From: an uncultured Planctomycetaceae bacterium
GTDB taxonomy: Bacteria; Planctomycetota; Planctomycetia; Planctomycetales; Planctomycetaceae
Assembly (NCBI GenBank): GCA_963815195.1
Contig: CAWFGE010000023.1
Location: 448,001-512,000, forward strand
Direction of reading: 5' to 3'
DNA: 64,000 nucleotides
A program made the position numbers and the translations under genes. Shown here in pieces: positions 53,058 through 63,543 of the stretch (the stretch's first letter is position 1; every line of letters starts with the position of its first letter). The notes beneath the pieces were generated by a model. That model saw only the letters and a program-made list of their open reading frames with translations. It made no database searches and was not told the DNA's origin.

Positions 53058-54968
53058 ATGGCCCGCACCGAACCGGAGTTGGATGAGCTCGAAAGCGAAA
53101 ACCTCGATCACGAAAGCCCCGAAGAGGTTTTGGATGAGCTCGAGCAGCTTTACACGCCGGAACCGGGGGAGTTGCAGCTCACGGTCCGCGCGGTGCTCAC
53201 GGGTTGTGTGATCGGCGGCGTGGTGGGGGCGATGAATATCTCCATCGGCCTGAAGATCGGCTGGTCGTTCGGCGGCTCGCTGATCGCCGCGATCCTGGGC
53301 TATTCGATCTGGTATTTTCTCGGCCCGCAGAGGCCATTTACGGTCCTGGAAACCAACATTGCCCAAACGTCGGGATCGGCCGCCGGTTCGATGGCATCGG
53401 CCGCGGGACTGTTGGCGCCCATCCCGGCATTGATGATGCTCGGCATCCACCTGGAAATGTGGCAGCTCTTTTTCTGGACCTTGAGCGTAGGCTATCTCGG
53501 CGTGTTTTATGCCGTCCCTTTGCGGAGGCAGATGGTCGTCATCGACAAGCTGCGATTTCCTACCGGCATCGCCACGGCGGAGACGATTGTCTCCATCTTC
53601 GCCGAGGGAGTCGAGGCCGTCCGCAAAGCCCGCACGCTCTTGTTGTGGGCGATCCTCGCGGCGGCGTTCGTGCTGTTGAAATACTCGTGGGCTCCCGGCT
53701 GGATCGGCCCTTCTTTTGAAAACCCGCCCATGGAATTCCTCGGAGCGGTCGGCGCGTTTTTGGGCCTGTGGGGCTTCGGCATTCTCATCAGTCCCGTGAT
53801 GACCGGAGCGGGTTTGGTGATCGGTCCCCGCGTCGGCATCTCTCTTGTGTTGGGAGCGGTCACGGGTTGGCTGGTGCTGGGGAATCTGGTGAACGCGTTG
53901 GGCTGGGTCAGCGATGCCAATGCGATTATGAGTTACGAAAAAGGGGCTCGCGGTTGGATTCTTTGGCCGGGCGTGGCGATTATGGTCGGCGACGCCCTCG
54001 CCAGTCTTGCCCTCCAATGGCGGACTTTTGTGAATGCTCTTCGGCCTGGCACCCAACTCGGTGAAGGCGACGACTTCGGCAACCCCGAAGAAATGATCCC
54101 CAACTCCTGGTGGATAGGCGGCCTTGCGCTCGGAACGATTCTGGCGATCGCGGTGATGCAAACCGTGTTCGGCATCGCCTGGTATCTGACCTTGATCGCC
54201 GTCGCGTTGTCGTCGATTCTTTCCGCGATCGCCGTCCGCTCCACGGGCGAAACCGACATCAACCCCGTCGGCGGGATGGGCAAGGTCACGCAGTTGGTGT
54301 TCGGCGGCATCACGCAGGCCCAAGGCATCAGCGGCCCGCAGGCGGTTTCCACAAACTTGATGGCCGCCGCCATCACCGGCTCCGGGGCATCGCAGGCGGC
54401 GGACATGATGCAGGACCTCAAGACCGGTCATCTGTTGGGGGCGTCGCCGCGGAAGCAGATCATCGCTCAATGCGTGGGCATCCTCGCGGGCGTGGCAGTG
54501 GTCGTGCCGGTGTATGCCTTGTTCGATCGCGTGCACGAGATCGGCGGAACCAAAAGCGGTTACCCCGCACCGGCGGCTCATGCTTGGAAGGCGATGGCCG
54601 AGCTGTTGAGCGAAGGCCTGGGCGCTTTGCCCACGCACGCGGGCTGGGCCGTGCTGATCGGGTTCATCTTCGGGGCAGCTCTGCCGACGTTCCGCAAGTT
54701 GGCTCCGTCCGCCGCCCGCTACATCCCGAGCGGATTGGCCTTCGGGATCGCATTTCTGGTGCCGGGCATGTACTCCGTGGCGATGTTCGTGGGCACAATG
54801 CTGCTCGTGTTCTGGCAGAAATTCAAACCCGCCCAATGCAAAGCGTTGGCGTTTGCGGTCGCTTCCGGCCTGATCGCCGGCGAAGGCTTGATGAACGTCG
54901 TCACGGCCCTCTTGGAACTGGCCCGCCAAACGGTCCTCAACGGCGTCTGGCCTCCGGTGGCCGGATAG
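53058..54968 (+). CDS. OPT-family oligopeptide transporter
   Basis: LTVRAV, ETNIAQT, LRFPTG, GETDINP, QDLKTG, ASGLIAGEG. Confidence 0.92.
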   Translation: MARTEPELDELESENLDHESPEEVLDELEQLYTPEPGELQLTVRAVLTGCVIGGVVGAMNISIGLKIGWSFGGSLIAAILGYSIWYFLGPQRPFTVLETNIAQTSGSAAGSMASAAGLLAPIPALMMLGIHLEMWQLFFWTLSVGYLGVFYAVPLRRQMVVIDKLRFPTGIATAETIVSIFAEGVEAVRKARTLLLWAILAAAFVLLKYSWAPGWIGPSFENPPMEFLGAVGAFLGLWGFGILISPVMTGAGLVIGPRVGISLVLGAVTGWLVLGNLVNALGWVSDANAIMSYEKGARGWILWPGVAIMVGDALASLALQWRTFVNALRPGTQLGEGDDFGNPEEMIPNSWWIGGLALGTILAIAVMQTVFGIAWYLTLIAVALSSILSAIAVRSTGETDINPVGGMGKVTQLVFGGITQAQGISGPQAVSTNLMAAAITGSGASQAADMMQDLKTGHLLGASPRKQIIAQCVGILAGVAVVVPVYALFDRVHEIGGTKSGYPAPAAHAWKAMAELLSEGLGALPTHAGWAVLIGFIFGAALPTFRKLAPSAARYIPSGLAFGIAFLVPGMYSVAMFVGTMLLVFWQKFKPAQCKALAFAVASGLIAGEGLMNVVTALLELARQTVLNGVWPPVAG

Positions 54969-54990
54969 TCGTCCGACGCTGCCGATCAAC

Positions 54991-55029
54991 AAAAACAGCC
55001 GGTTGCCGCCACGGGGCAACCGGCTGTTT
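54991..55029. terminator. Intrinsic terminator, likely for tRNA-Gly and possibly bidirectional
   Basis: AAACAGCCGGTTGCC-loop-GGCAACCGGCTGTTT hairpin; T-run follows on the minus strand. Confidence 0.8.
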
Positions 55030-55033
55030 CAAA

Positions 55034-55104
55034 AGCGGGTGAAGGGAATCGAACCCTCACATTTGGCTTGGGAAGCCAACGCTCTACCATTGAGCTACAC
55101 CCGC
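55034..55104 (-). tRNA. tRNA-Gly (anticodon CCC), CCA not encoded
   Basis: GCGGGTGTAGCTCAATGGTAGAGCGTTGGC-TTCCCAA-GCCAAATGTGAGGGTTCGATTCCCTTCACCCGCT folds as a cloverleaf. Confidence 0.96.
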
Positions 55105-55123
55105 AGGGGAAATCATTTCGTAC

Positions 55124-55152
55124 AAGCTATCTCAGCCATTGCCCGCGGTCAA
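55124..55152 (-). promoter_or_regulatory. Sigma-70-type promoter of tRNA-Gly
   Basis: TTGACC-17 bp-TAGCTT on the minus strand, about 20 nt upstream of the tRNA. Confidence 0.65.
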
Positions 55153-55160
55153 GTTGGAAA

Positions 55161-56724
55161 GTGTGTGGCCGGAAATTCTGGCGGGGTTAAGTTGGTTGGT
55201 CAATTGAGGTTCCAGTGAGAGTCCCAGGCGTGGCTTTGGTGGAGGGCTTCCAAGGCCATTACGGCCAGGGCGTTGTCGGGATCCCAGCGGCGGCCTTTGC
55301 CTTTGATGCGGCTGGTGGTCGTGCGGCATTGGGCTTCGGTTGGACCGCTGCCGATTTGCCACCCGTTGGCGCGGAACTCGGGGTATTTAATCAGATGGCT
55401 GCGTTCGGCCATGTAGTGCAAGAGTCCATCCAGGGCTTGCTTTTTCGTTTCGTTTTCCAGTTGGGCCCGCTGGGTCGTGAGCTGATCCCACGCTGTTTCG
55501 TAACCTTCATGCTTGAAGGTGTGCATCAATTCGTCCAGCCAGCTTTTGCCGGCTTCGTCGTCTCCGTAAAGCGACCGCCGCGTCTTTTGCGCGTAATCCC
55601 GAAGATGCCAGAAGTCGAGTCCGCGGGCGGTCAACCGCAGGCCTTGTTTCTCCGCTTGGCGATCGATCCACACGGCCCCGTCATAAATCCCGATCGAAGC
55701 GTCCGCCTGATCCAACTGAATCCGCGAGGCGTCCCGGCGCATCACCCGCCCGACCACTTCATGGTCGCCCCGGCTGACGCTGATCCAGCGGTTTTCCTGG
55801 TCTTCCGAATAAAACTGCACCAGACGAAATTCCTTGTACGGGCCGTCGGCGCCCGGCTTCAATCGTTCCAACGGATTGAGAGAGCGGCCCTCGGATTTGC
55901 GTTCTTTCCGTTTCTCGACGACCTGAGCCCGCCGCTGCTTCTTTTCCGTCTCCGTGATCACGGGAACCTTCACGCCGTCACAACCGAAATACACGCGAGT
56001 TTCGCCCTCAGGGGTTTGGCAATCCGACGCCTCCCAGTCGGGCCTCAGTTCGTTGCGACGCGTTTGTTCCAAGACCGTTTGGCCTTCGGCTTCGATCAAT
56101 TGCCGGAGCGTTTCCTTGCCGATCGAAAGCCCCGCCGCACGCTTCAGGGTCACGGACAGTTCCAGAAAACTGCTTTCGCAACGGTTCAATCGGCAGGCCA
56201 ATTCGACGACGCCTTGCGTGAACTGCTGGCAGGCTTCGTCCAACCACTCATCCAGCGGCGTCACGCTGCCGCCGCCGGCTGGTTGCCAGCGAATCCGGCG
56301 AAGCTTAACCCGCCCGTTGACCGTCATCACGGTGTGCTTCTGGCGACCTTTGTTGCGCATGGGTGTTCCCGTCGCTTCGTTCTCCGGAGGGGGGAAAAGC
56401 GGACTCGGCTGAGTCCGCTCGCATCTGCACGGCCCGCTCGTAAGCCCGGCGGCGAAACTCGTGCATCAACTGCCGCACTTGCTCCTCACTGTCGGCAATC
56501 ACGCGACCGCCCGGCGCCGCATTCACGGCCTCCATCACTTCGCCCAACAAGCCCTCAAGCTCCGACCGCATTGACTCGATATAAACCTCTTTGGCAACTC
56601 GGGGTTCCTGCATCGCAATCCCTCCTCTGGAAGTGAAATCAACTCGCCCCCGCACATCGCGGACGACAGGATTGCCTACTTTACACACTCTACCCAGTTC
56701 GCGCCATAGAAAACGGCCAGACAC
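55161..56724 (-). mobile_element. ISKra4-like insertion sequence, copy 2, with 8-bp target duplication GTTGGAAA
   Basis: Inverted copy of 33091-34654; GTTGGAAA at 55153-55160 and 56725-56732. Confidence 0.93.
55200..56613 (-). CDS. ISKra4-like transposase (orfA/orfB, same split as copy 1)
   Basis: Translated orfA and orfB are identical to copy 1. Confidence 0.88.
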
Positions 56725-59120
56725 GTTGGAAATCCGGCGAGCTGAATCGAGCGAAGTAAACTCAAGAGGTCCCAATCTCCCAATCTCCCAATCTCCCAAT
56801 CTCCCAATCTCCCAATCTCCCAATCTCCCAATCTCCCAATCTCCCAATCTCCCAATCTCCCAATCTCCCAATCTCCCAATCTCCCAATCTCCCCCATCAC
56901 CGGAGCGCAGGCGTCCATGCGGAAGGTCCGGCTGAGGTAGCGGGACAACCGGGCGGCGAGGGACTGCGGGGCGGTTTTGATTTTCGCGGACCCGGTGCTG
57001 CCGGCCGAGAGCCGGGCGTTGTGCGGGTCGAGCCGGACGCGGGCCTGGTAAGACGTGCTGACGAGTTCGGGCCGGCCTTGTTCGTTCAATCGCGTGGGCA
57101 GGTCTTCGTGCTGCAGCAGTTCGCGTGGCGTAACTTTGAGATCGATCTGGGCGACATCCTCGACGACGCCGGTGAGGAGTTCGCCGGGCCGTTCTTCCAG
57201 CCGCAACCGCACCGTTTGCCCCGGCCGGACGAACTGCACGTCCCCCTGGTCAATCACCAACAGGGCTTCCATCTTCTCGGCATCGCCGATCAAACAAAAC
57301 AGCGTCCCGGTTTCCAAATAGCCGTGGAGATTCTTGGGATCGAGGGGCGAGCCCGACCAGCGGGCGAGTTCGCCTTCCGCGGCGGCTTCGTCTTGAAAGG
57401 CCGGCGGCAAGACGGTCCCCGCGACCGGGGCGGTGATCGTCAGCCGGCGGGCGTTTTCCTCGCGCTCGGCGAGGCGTTTTCGCAATTCCGCAAGAGCCTG
57501 TTCCGCAGCGGGGATCTGGGCCTTTGCCTTGGGGTCGGCTCGCTGGCTGAGTTTCAGATTCTGGAGCTTGAGTTCCTGCTCGTGAATCTTCCCGCGGGTC
57601 TCGACGACCTCCTTCTGGATGTCCAGGTTATGGAGTTCGCCCAACACGTCGCCCGGTTGGACTTGAGTGCCGGAGGCGATCGCGTTTTCGAGCGTGCCGT
57701 CCACGGCGACATACACGCGGGTCGCATCCTGGGGCTGCACAATCGCCGCGGTCTTTACGCTGTAGGGCAGCGGGATCAACGATAACCCCGCAAGCCCCGC
57801 CAGCGTCAATCCGCCGCGGAGGAAGAGTCTGGACCATTTCACGTCGTCTGTCCTTAATGGATCCCGTAAGAATTTGATTCCGCGGATCGCGGGGCCGATC
57901 AGCAATCCGCCCACCGCGGCGACGGCCAGCATCCGGGCCAGAACTTCAAGTCGATAGGGTTTGAGGACTTCGTGACAGAACCACAGGATCGTCACCAGCA
58001 CGAACACCCGATACGCGGCCGCGAGCACGGCATACAGCATGAGCGCGAGCCGATGCCTGCCCGGCAGCACGCGGTCGTTTTCCAGATCGGTCCCCAGATA
58101 AAACCGCCCAAAAACCTGCTTGATGAGGGCACCGGCTTGCTGGCGGAGGTTGGGAACTTCCACCAGGTCGGCCAGCATATAATAGCCATCATACCTTAAC
58201 AGCGGATTGCCGTTGAAGAGCACCGTCGTCACCGAGCAGATCACCATCACGTTGAGGCAGAGCGCATTTAATAGCCCCGGCTCCGAGAACCACCACAGGA
58301 ACGTGGCGACGGACGCCAGGATCATTTCGACGTACATCCCCGCCCCGCTGATGGCGACGCGGTGCCATTTGTTGGGCAGCATCCAGGCGTCGGAAACATT
58401 CACATACAGGCAGGGCGTGAAGACCAAAAACATCACGCCCAGCTCGTGGCATTCGCCGCCAAAGTGCCGCAGGCTTACGGCATGGCCGAGTTCGTGCAGG
58501 ATCTTGGTGAAGGCGAACACGGCCATCAACAGCACGGCATTTCGCCAGCCGAAGAAGGCGTCGAAATCCGGCAGCCGGGCTTCGACGGTTTGAAACTGCA
58601 CCGCGACCAACAGTAGGCGCAGGCAAACAGAGCAAAACAGAGCGCAATGCACGCCGGCGAGAGCAGCCAGGCCACGCGGGGATAAAGCCAATTCAAAAAC
58701 GTTTCGGGATCGAGGCCGCGAAAGCGGACGGCGAGCGGATTGGCGAATTGCTGCCAGAACTCCCGCCGGCGGCGCTTGGTGTGGCGTTCGAGCAGTTCCT
58801 CCGCCTGGCCGCGGGCATCGGTGATCAACAGGCCTTCGCCGTGGAGCATCGCCAAAAACGATTGAAGCTGCGGCAGGCTGATCCGCTGCGGCGCGAACTC
58901 CTCCTCGAAAGTCCGGCGGATGTCATCCAGGCTCACGGGGCCGTCGAGCATTTGAAAGATGCGGTATTCCTCGTCGCGCAATTGGAAATACTGAAGCGAG
59001 ACGGGATCCTTGAGCACCCAATACCTGCGGTCCCCGTACTGCAAGGGATCCGCGCACGTCCCGCCGACGCCGCAACCGCAGCGGCCGGGACGATGAGGCA
59101 AGAAACTCCGCGGCACTCAT
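56676..59120 (-). CDS. Planctomycete M50/site-2-protease-like + HlyD-like membrane fusion protein; apparent frameshifts near 59055 and 58620; 3' end uncertain
   Basis: SSSRPLRLRRR, YWVLKDPV, HELGH, NPLLRYDGYY, ITAPVAGTV, biotinyl/HlyD-like C-terminal half. Confidence 0.82.
56771..56890. repeat. Perfect microsatellite (CCCAATCT) x15
   Basis: 120 bp of an exact 8-bp unit. Confidence 0.97.
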
Positions 59121-59203
59121 TTGTCGTCAATCACTCCCTCGAACGCAGCCGGTTCAAAAATCGGTCGCCGGCATCGGACGGCCGCACGACCATGTAACGC
59201 CGG

Positions 59204-60526
59204 TTAGCGGGGAAAGACAAGCTTGAACGCAACGGGTCCCTCGTTGGATCGGCCCACGAGATAACCGTTGCCTTCGTTGTCTCTCGTATTCGTCCCGTAT
59301 AGCAAGAGGTTTTTGTGGGATTGAACGGGACCTTGCCTTAAATCGACCGCCCGGGACATCCCGCGGTTCAGATCAAAGACCACCCATTGGTTTTCCCCGT
59401 TCGGAGGCCTCGCGATGCCGCAGGCATATTCTGTCCCGGCGAACGTGTAAAGGGCCGGAGGATAAGAAGATCCTTGCGGATGAAACCAACCCAGGTGGGT
59501 GATCTCCGCCTGATCTTTCGCGGGATGGACTCGCCACAGGCCGCCGGTCGACGTTGTGAACAGCAAATCGCCGTCCGCGAGAAACGTCCAACCCACGATG
59601 CCATGCGACTCGAAATCGGGCGTGGCTTGGTAATCGGGCAGGGGCACGGCCTGGACTTCGCGGAGGTTTTCGTCCCATTCGACCAACTCGGCGGCGAGGG
59701 CTTTGGGATTGTCCTCCGTGGGCCGGGGGCGAACGCGGGGCACATAGGCGTGGCCGTTTAGATCGACGAGAAAATTCCGGGAGATATGCCCGCCCACGGA
59801 GCCCACCCGCACGCTTCGGGTCATGTTCGTCTGGGTGTCGAATTGATAGAGCATGTGGCCGAAATAGCCCAAAGCATAGACCCAGCGGCCGCCTCCTCCC
59901 ACGGCGATCAAGGCTTCCTTGGTGTTTAAGAGGTGCTCCCACTCGCTGGCGAAAGGCTTCATCCGCCACAGATGGCCACCCCAGACCGGATATGCGGAGC
60001 CGTCGCCTTTTTCGCCGGTTTCGTCCATCGAGGCAAAATACAAGTACCCATCGTCCGCCGGGTAGATTTTGGAGTGGATCTTCATTTGCGATTCGTCCGC
60101 CTCCAGGGGTCGGACTTTTCGTAGCTGATCCAAGACGCCACCGCGGTCGAAGACTTCCTCCAAATCCGGCATGTACTCGAACAAATGGGCGGAGGGTTGG
60201 GGCACGCCGCCGGCGGCCACGCCGAACCAGATATGCCCCCGGTCATCGCGTCCCGTCGCTCCCCAAATTGCATCCCGCCCCGGAAACTCGGGCAGCGGGA
60301 TCTCCACAATCCGAGGCGGCTGAAACACATCCGCCGGGGGCGGGAAGAACCGCGTCGCCATCCGGTCTTCGGGGCTTCGTTTCGGCAAAGCCTGCTTGGG
60401 GAGTTTGACCGAGGACTGAAGAGACGAGGTTTCTTCGGGAGGCGGATTGTTCTGACAACCCATTAAGGCAATGGCCAGAATGACCCCTTCCGCCAACAGC
60501 CGGGCACGATATTTCCAAATCCGCAT
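59204..60526 (-). CDS. Hypothetical lipoprotein, probably a beta-propeller
   Basis: Lipobox LMGC; repeated DxxGxxxF/Y strands. Confidence 0.75.
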   Translation of the reverse strand: MRIWKYRARLLAEGVILAIALMGCQNNPPPEETSSLQSSVKLPKQALPKRSPEDRMATRFFPPPADVFQPPRIVEIPLPEFPGRDAIWGATGRDDRGHIWFGVAAGGVPQPSAHLFEYMPDLEEVFDRGGVLDQLRKVRPLEADESQMKIHSKIYPADDGYLYFASMDETGEKGDGSAYPVWGGHLWRMKPFASEWEHLLNTKEALIAVGGGGRWVYALGYFGHMLYQFDTQTNMTRSVRVGSVGGHISRNFLVDLNGHAYVPRVRPRPTEDNPKALAAELVEWDENLREVQAVPLPDYQATPDFESHGIVGWTFLADGDLLFTTSTGGLWRVHPAKDQAEITHLGWFHPQGSSYPPALYTFAGTEYACGIARPPNGENQWVVFDLNRGMSRAVDLRQGPVQSHKNLLLYGTNTRDNEGNGYLVGRSNEGPVAFKLVFPR

Positions 60527-60565
60527 CAGTATGAGGCTCTCCCAAGGAGTTCGTCGCGAAATGCA

Positions 60566-60644
60566 TGAGCGGCCCGGCGTAGCTGCCGGTTGTTTTAGGT
60601 TGTCCTGAAATCTCCAAGACCGGCGGCTAGCGCCGGGCCGCTCA
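60566..60644. repeat. REP-like inverted pair
   Basis: TGAGCGGCCCGGCGTAGCTGCCGGT...ACCGGCGGCTAGCGCCGGGCCGCTCA. Confidence 0.75.
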
Positions 60645-60649
60645 CATTT

Positions 60650-60991
60650 TCAATACCGGGGCAGGCTGGGATCGATCGTTTGCGACCAGAGATCGATGCC
60701 CCCGGCGAGGCTTTTGACGTTGGCGAAGCCTTGCCCGGCCAGCCAGCGGGCGACTTGCAGGCTTCGGCCGCCGTGATGGCAATGCACGACGATCTCGCGG
60801 CCCTTGTGCTCGTCCAACTCGCCGACCCGCTGTTGGATTTCGCTCATAGGCAAGAGCTGCGTCCCTTCGATCCGCACCAATTCGTATTCGCTCTGCTCGC
60901 GGCAGTCGAGAAACAGGAACTCTTCGGAGTTCTCCAGCTTGTGTCGGACGGACTGACAGTCGATTTCCATCGAGGGCAGCGGGGCATTCAT
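60650..60991 (-). CDS. Rhodanese-like protein
   Basis: LDCREQSEY, CHHGGRS, SLAGGIDLWS...PRY. Confidence 0.92.
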   Translation of the reverse strand: MNAPLPSMEIDCQSVRHKLENSEEFLFLDCREQSEYELVRIEGTQLLPMSEIQQRVGELDEHKGREIVVHCHHGGRSLQVARWLAGQGFANVKSLAGGIDLWSQTIDPSLPRY

Positions 60992-61111
60992 CGCGATCGG
61001 GTCCCTTAAGTGATTGACCTTGTTCCCTTTAGAACGGGAATCCTATGATAAGCTATAATTGCGGGCGGGGGCTATTCTCGCGAATGGCCCCGGCCCCATC
61101 AAGTATGTCCC

Positions 61112-61190
61112 GGCGAGCGTGGGCGTCAGCCCCATGATTTCGCGGATTCCAAATTCGACGTCATCATGGGGCTGACGCCCCACGCTCGCC
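61112..61190. repeat. REP pair, same family as 22852 and 49230/49973
   Basis: GGCGAGCGTGGGCGTCAGCCCCATGAT...ATCATGGGGCTGACGCCCCACGCTCGCC. Confidence 0.85.
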
Positions 61191-61231
61191 ATGTGTGCCG
61201 AGTTTGTTCTTACTTTTGGAATGCCCCTCTC

Positions 61232-62748
61232 ATGAAAGTCAAGGAATTTCTCGCCCATTACGGTGTTACGGAAAACCCGTTCGGGCAAGAAATGCGCAAT
61301 CCGACCACGTGTTTCGCGACCATTGCTTGAACGGCACGCATCACCCGGCGTGGGACAAAATCTTCGGCGACCCCGGCATGCCTTCGACCTCCGTCGTCTT
61401 CGGCGAAAAAGGCAGCGGCAAAACCGCGCTCCGGCTGCAAATCGCCAAGGAACTCGACGGCTACAACGAAAAACATCCCGAGCACAAAGCCTTCATCATC
61501 CAGTACGACGACTTCAACCCCTTCCTCGACAGCTTCCGCGACCGGCTGCACGGCCGCAAACGCCGGCCTCAAAAAGTCCTCGCTTACTGGCGGCTCTACG
61601 ACCACATGGATGCGATTCTCTCGCTGGGGGTCCGGCGACTGGTGCGGACCGTCCTCAACGCAGAGCCGATGAAGCTCAACCCCAATGCGGAAATCAACGA
61701 CGAGGACGTCGCCCGGCTGTCCGATCTCCAGCGGCGGGATTTGCTGTTGCTCGCGGCCTTTTATAACCACACCTTCGACCAGGCCCCGCTCCGCCGCTGG
61801 AACGCCCTAAGGCATAAGCTGGGCTATCAATCGTGGACCTCCACGCAAACCTGGCTGTCCAAGTGGGACATCGGCCTGGGCCTGTTTGTCACGTTCCTCA
61901 CCATCCTGGTGACCTGGGCCAACTGGGGCTTCCAATCGCTGTTCAACATCTGGGTGGGGCTGATTATTCTCGCCGGCTGGATTCCGTACATCCGGCACCA
62001 GATCAAGCTCTATTGGGCCGCGTGGCGTGCGTCGAAGCAGATCCGCGTATTCGACCTGTTGCCCAACTCGCTCCGGCAAATCTTGAGCCGATTCGACTGG
62101 AGCCACATCGAAGAGCAGCCCATGCCCACCAAAGATCGCAGCGACGACCGCTATGCGCTCCTGACCAAATTCCAGGGCATTCTGGAAACGTTGGGCTACG
62201 ACGGAATTGTCGTTCTGGTGGACCGCGTGGACGAGCCCCACCTCATCAACGGCTCGCCCGAGCGAATGCGGGATCTCCTGTGGCCGATGTTCGACAACAA
62301 GTTCTTAAAGCACCAGAACATCGGCTTTAAACTCCTCTTGCCCGCCGACGTGATGTACTACGTCGATCGCGAGGAAAAAGCATTCTACGAACGCTCCCGG
62401 CTGGATAAGCAGAACCTGATCCGCTCGCTGGAATGGACCGGGGAATCGCTGTACGACGTGGCCAACGACCGCTTGCAAGCCGTCGCCAAGCCGCAAAACG
62501 GCAAGCAGCTCGCCATCCGCGATTTCTTTGAAGACGACATGACGGAGGCGGAGCTCATCAGCATGTTTTCCCGCTTCCGCGTGCCCCGGCATCTGTTCAA
62601 GTTCCTGTACCGGCTGTTCGTCGAGCACTGCAACCGCTACACCAGCGAAAACCCGAACTGGAAAATCCACCGCGACACGGTGCAATGGACGCTGTCCAAC
62701 TTCACCCGCGACCTGGAAGAACTCCAAAAAGGCCTGGGCACGGGTTAG
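61232..62748 (+). CDS. P-loop NTPase with two internal TM helices; apparent frameshift near 61291
   Basis: MKVKEFLAHYGVTENPFGQE/AQSDHVF; GEKGSGKT; VLVDRVDE; TM pair between Walker A and Walker B. Confidence 0.8.
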
Positions 62749-62783
62749 AAGAAAAACTCTCGCCCGAGCGCCGTTCAGGATCT

Positions 62784-63101
62784 TCAGTCCTTCCTTCCGC
62801 GTAAGAGGTGGCGAAAGCCAATCGCGAATCCCAAGACGATCAATGCACCAAAAAGCAATGCGCACCCCGGATCAATCAGTAATGGGATCCACCAGAGGGA
62901 TTGAACCATGTCGTTGGGCGCAATGAGACAGCCGATTGTGCCGACAAGTCCGCCGAACAGCGGGACCATCGAATAGCCGCGAGGTTCCCCATCCGGGTTG
63001 AGCTTTCTCGGAATTATGAACATCGCGCACCATTGCCCAATTCCAATCCATAGGGATAAGGCAAGAAAAGGGGTGGCGATAATCCAACGCAGCAGTTGCA
63101 T
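62784..63101 (-). CDS. Small membrane protein, AT-richer than its neighbours
   Basis: Three hydrophobic segments; SMVPLFGGLVG...WWIPLLIDPG. Confidence 0.65.
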   Translation of the reverse strand: MQLLRWIIATPFLALSLWIGIGQWCAMFIIPRKLNPDGEPRGYSMVPLFGGLVGTIGCLIAPNDMVQSLWWIPLLIDPGCALLFGALIVLGFAIGFRHLLRGRKD

Positions 63102-63543
63102 GGCAAATGAGTGAGAAAATGCACGTCGTGTTGGACGAAACGATCTGTCACGTCCGGGACTTCAATGGTAGCACGATCGTTCCCCATACAACCCTGTTTT
63201 GCTCCCACGTTCCCAAGCAGCTTGGGAGCGCGGGGATGAAAATTACCGCCGGCTACGCACCAATGGGTTCGTTAATTGGCGTTGTTGGCTCGAAGATTTG
63301 TCCAAAAACCCATCCCCTTCTCTTTGATTCTTCCGTTACCCCAAAATCGCATCAATAAAAATCAAAGCAAATACCATTGGGCGATCGCCCAGCGGCTGAT
63401 AGAATTATCACGAGGAACGCGCGTCAGGTTTCTTGACTCCGAAAGACTAAAACCGTCGGGATTGAGTCCTGGAAATCATGCTGTGTGCCAAGAGCGAATC
63501 AGGGTGAGCCGGAAAAGGGTGGCACGGTTTGGGGAGGCGGATT

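Noticed and set aside
33091..56724. Composite transposon or inversion bounded by the two inverted IS copies
   Set aside because: Outer flanks do not match, copy 2 keeps its own target duplication, and the interval holds core genes (prfA, prmC, rpmE2, tRNA)
62750..63300. Integron attC site around the small membrane gene
   Set aside because: No convincing paired RYYYAAC...GTTRRRY boxes and no integrase in the window
63420..63540. Riboswitch upstream of the response regulator
   Set aside because: Only an imperfect hairpin; I could not match it to a known aptamer consensus by eye
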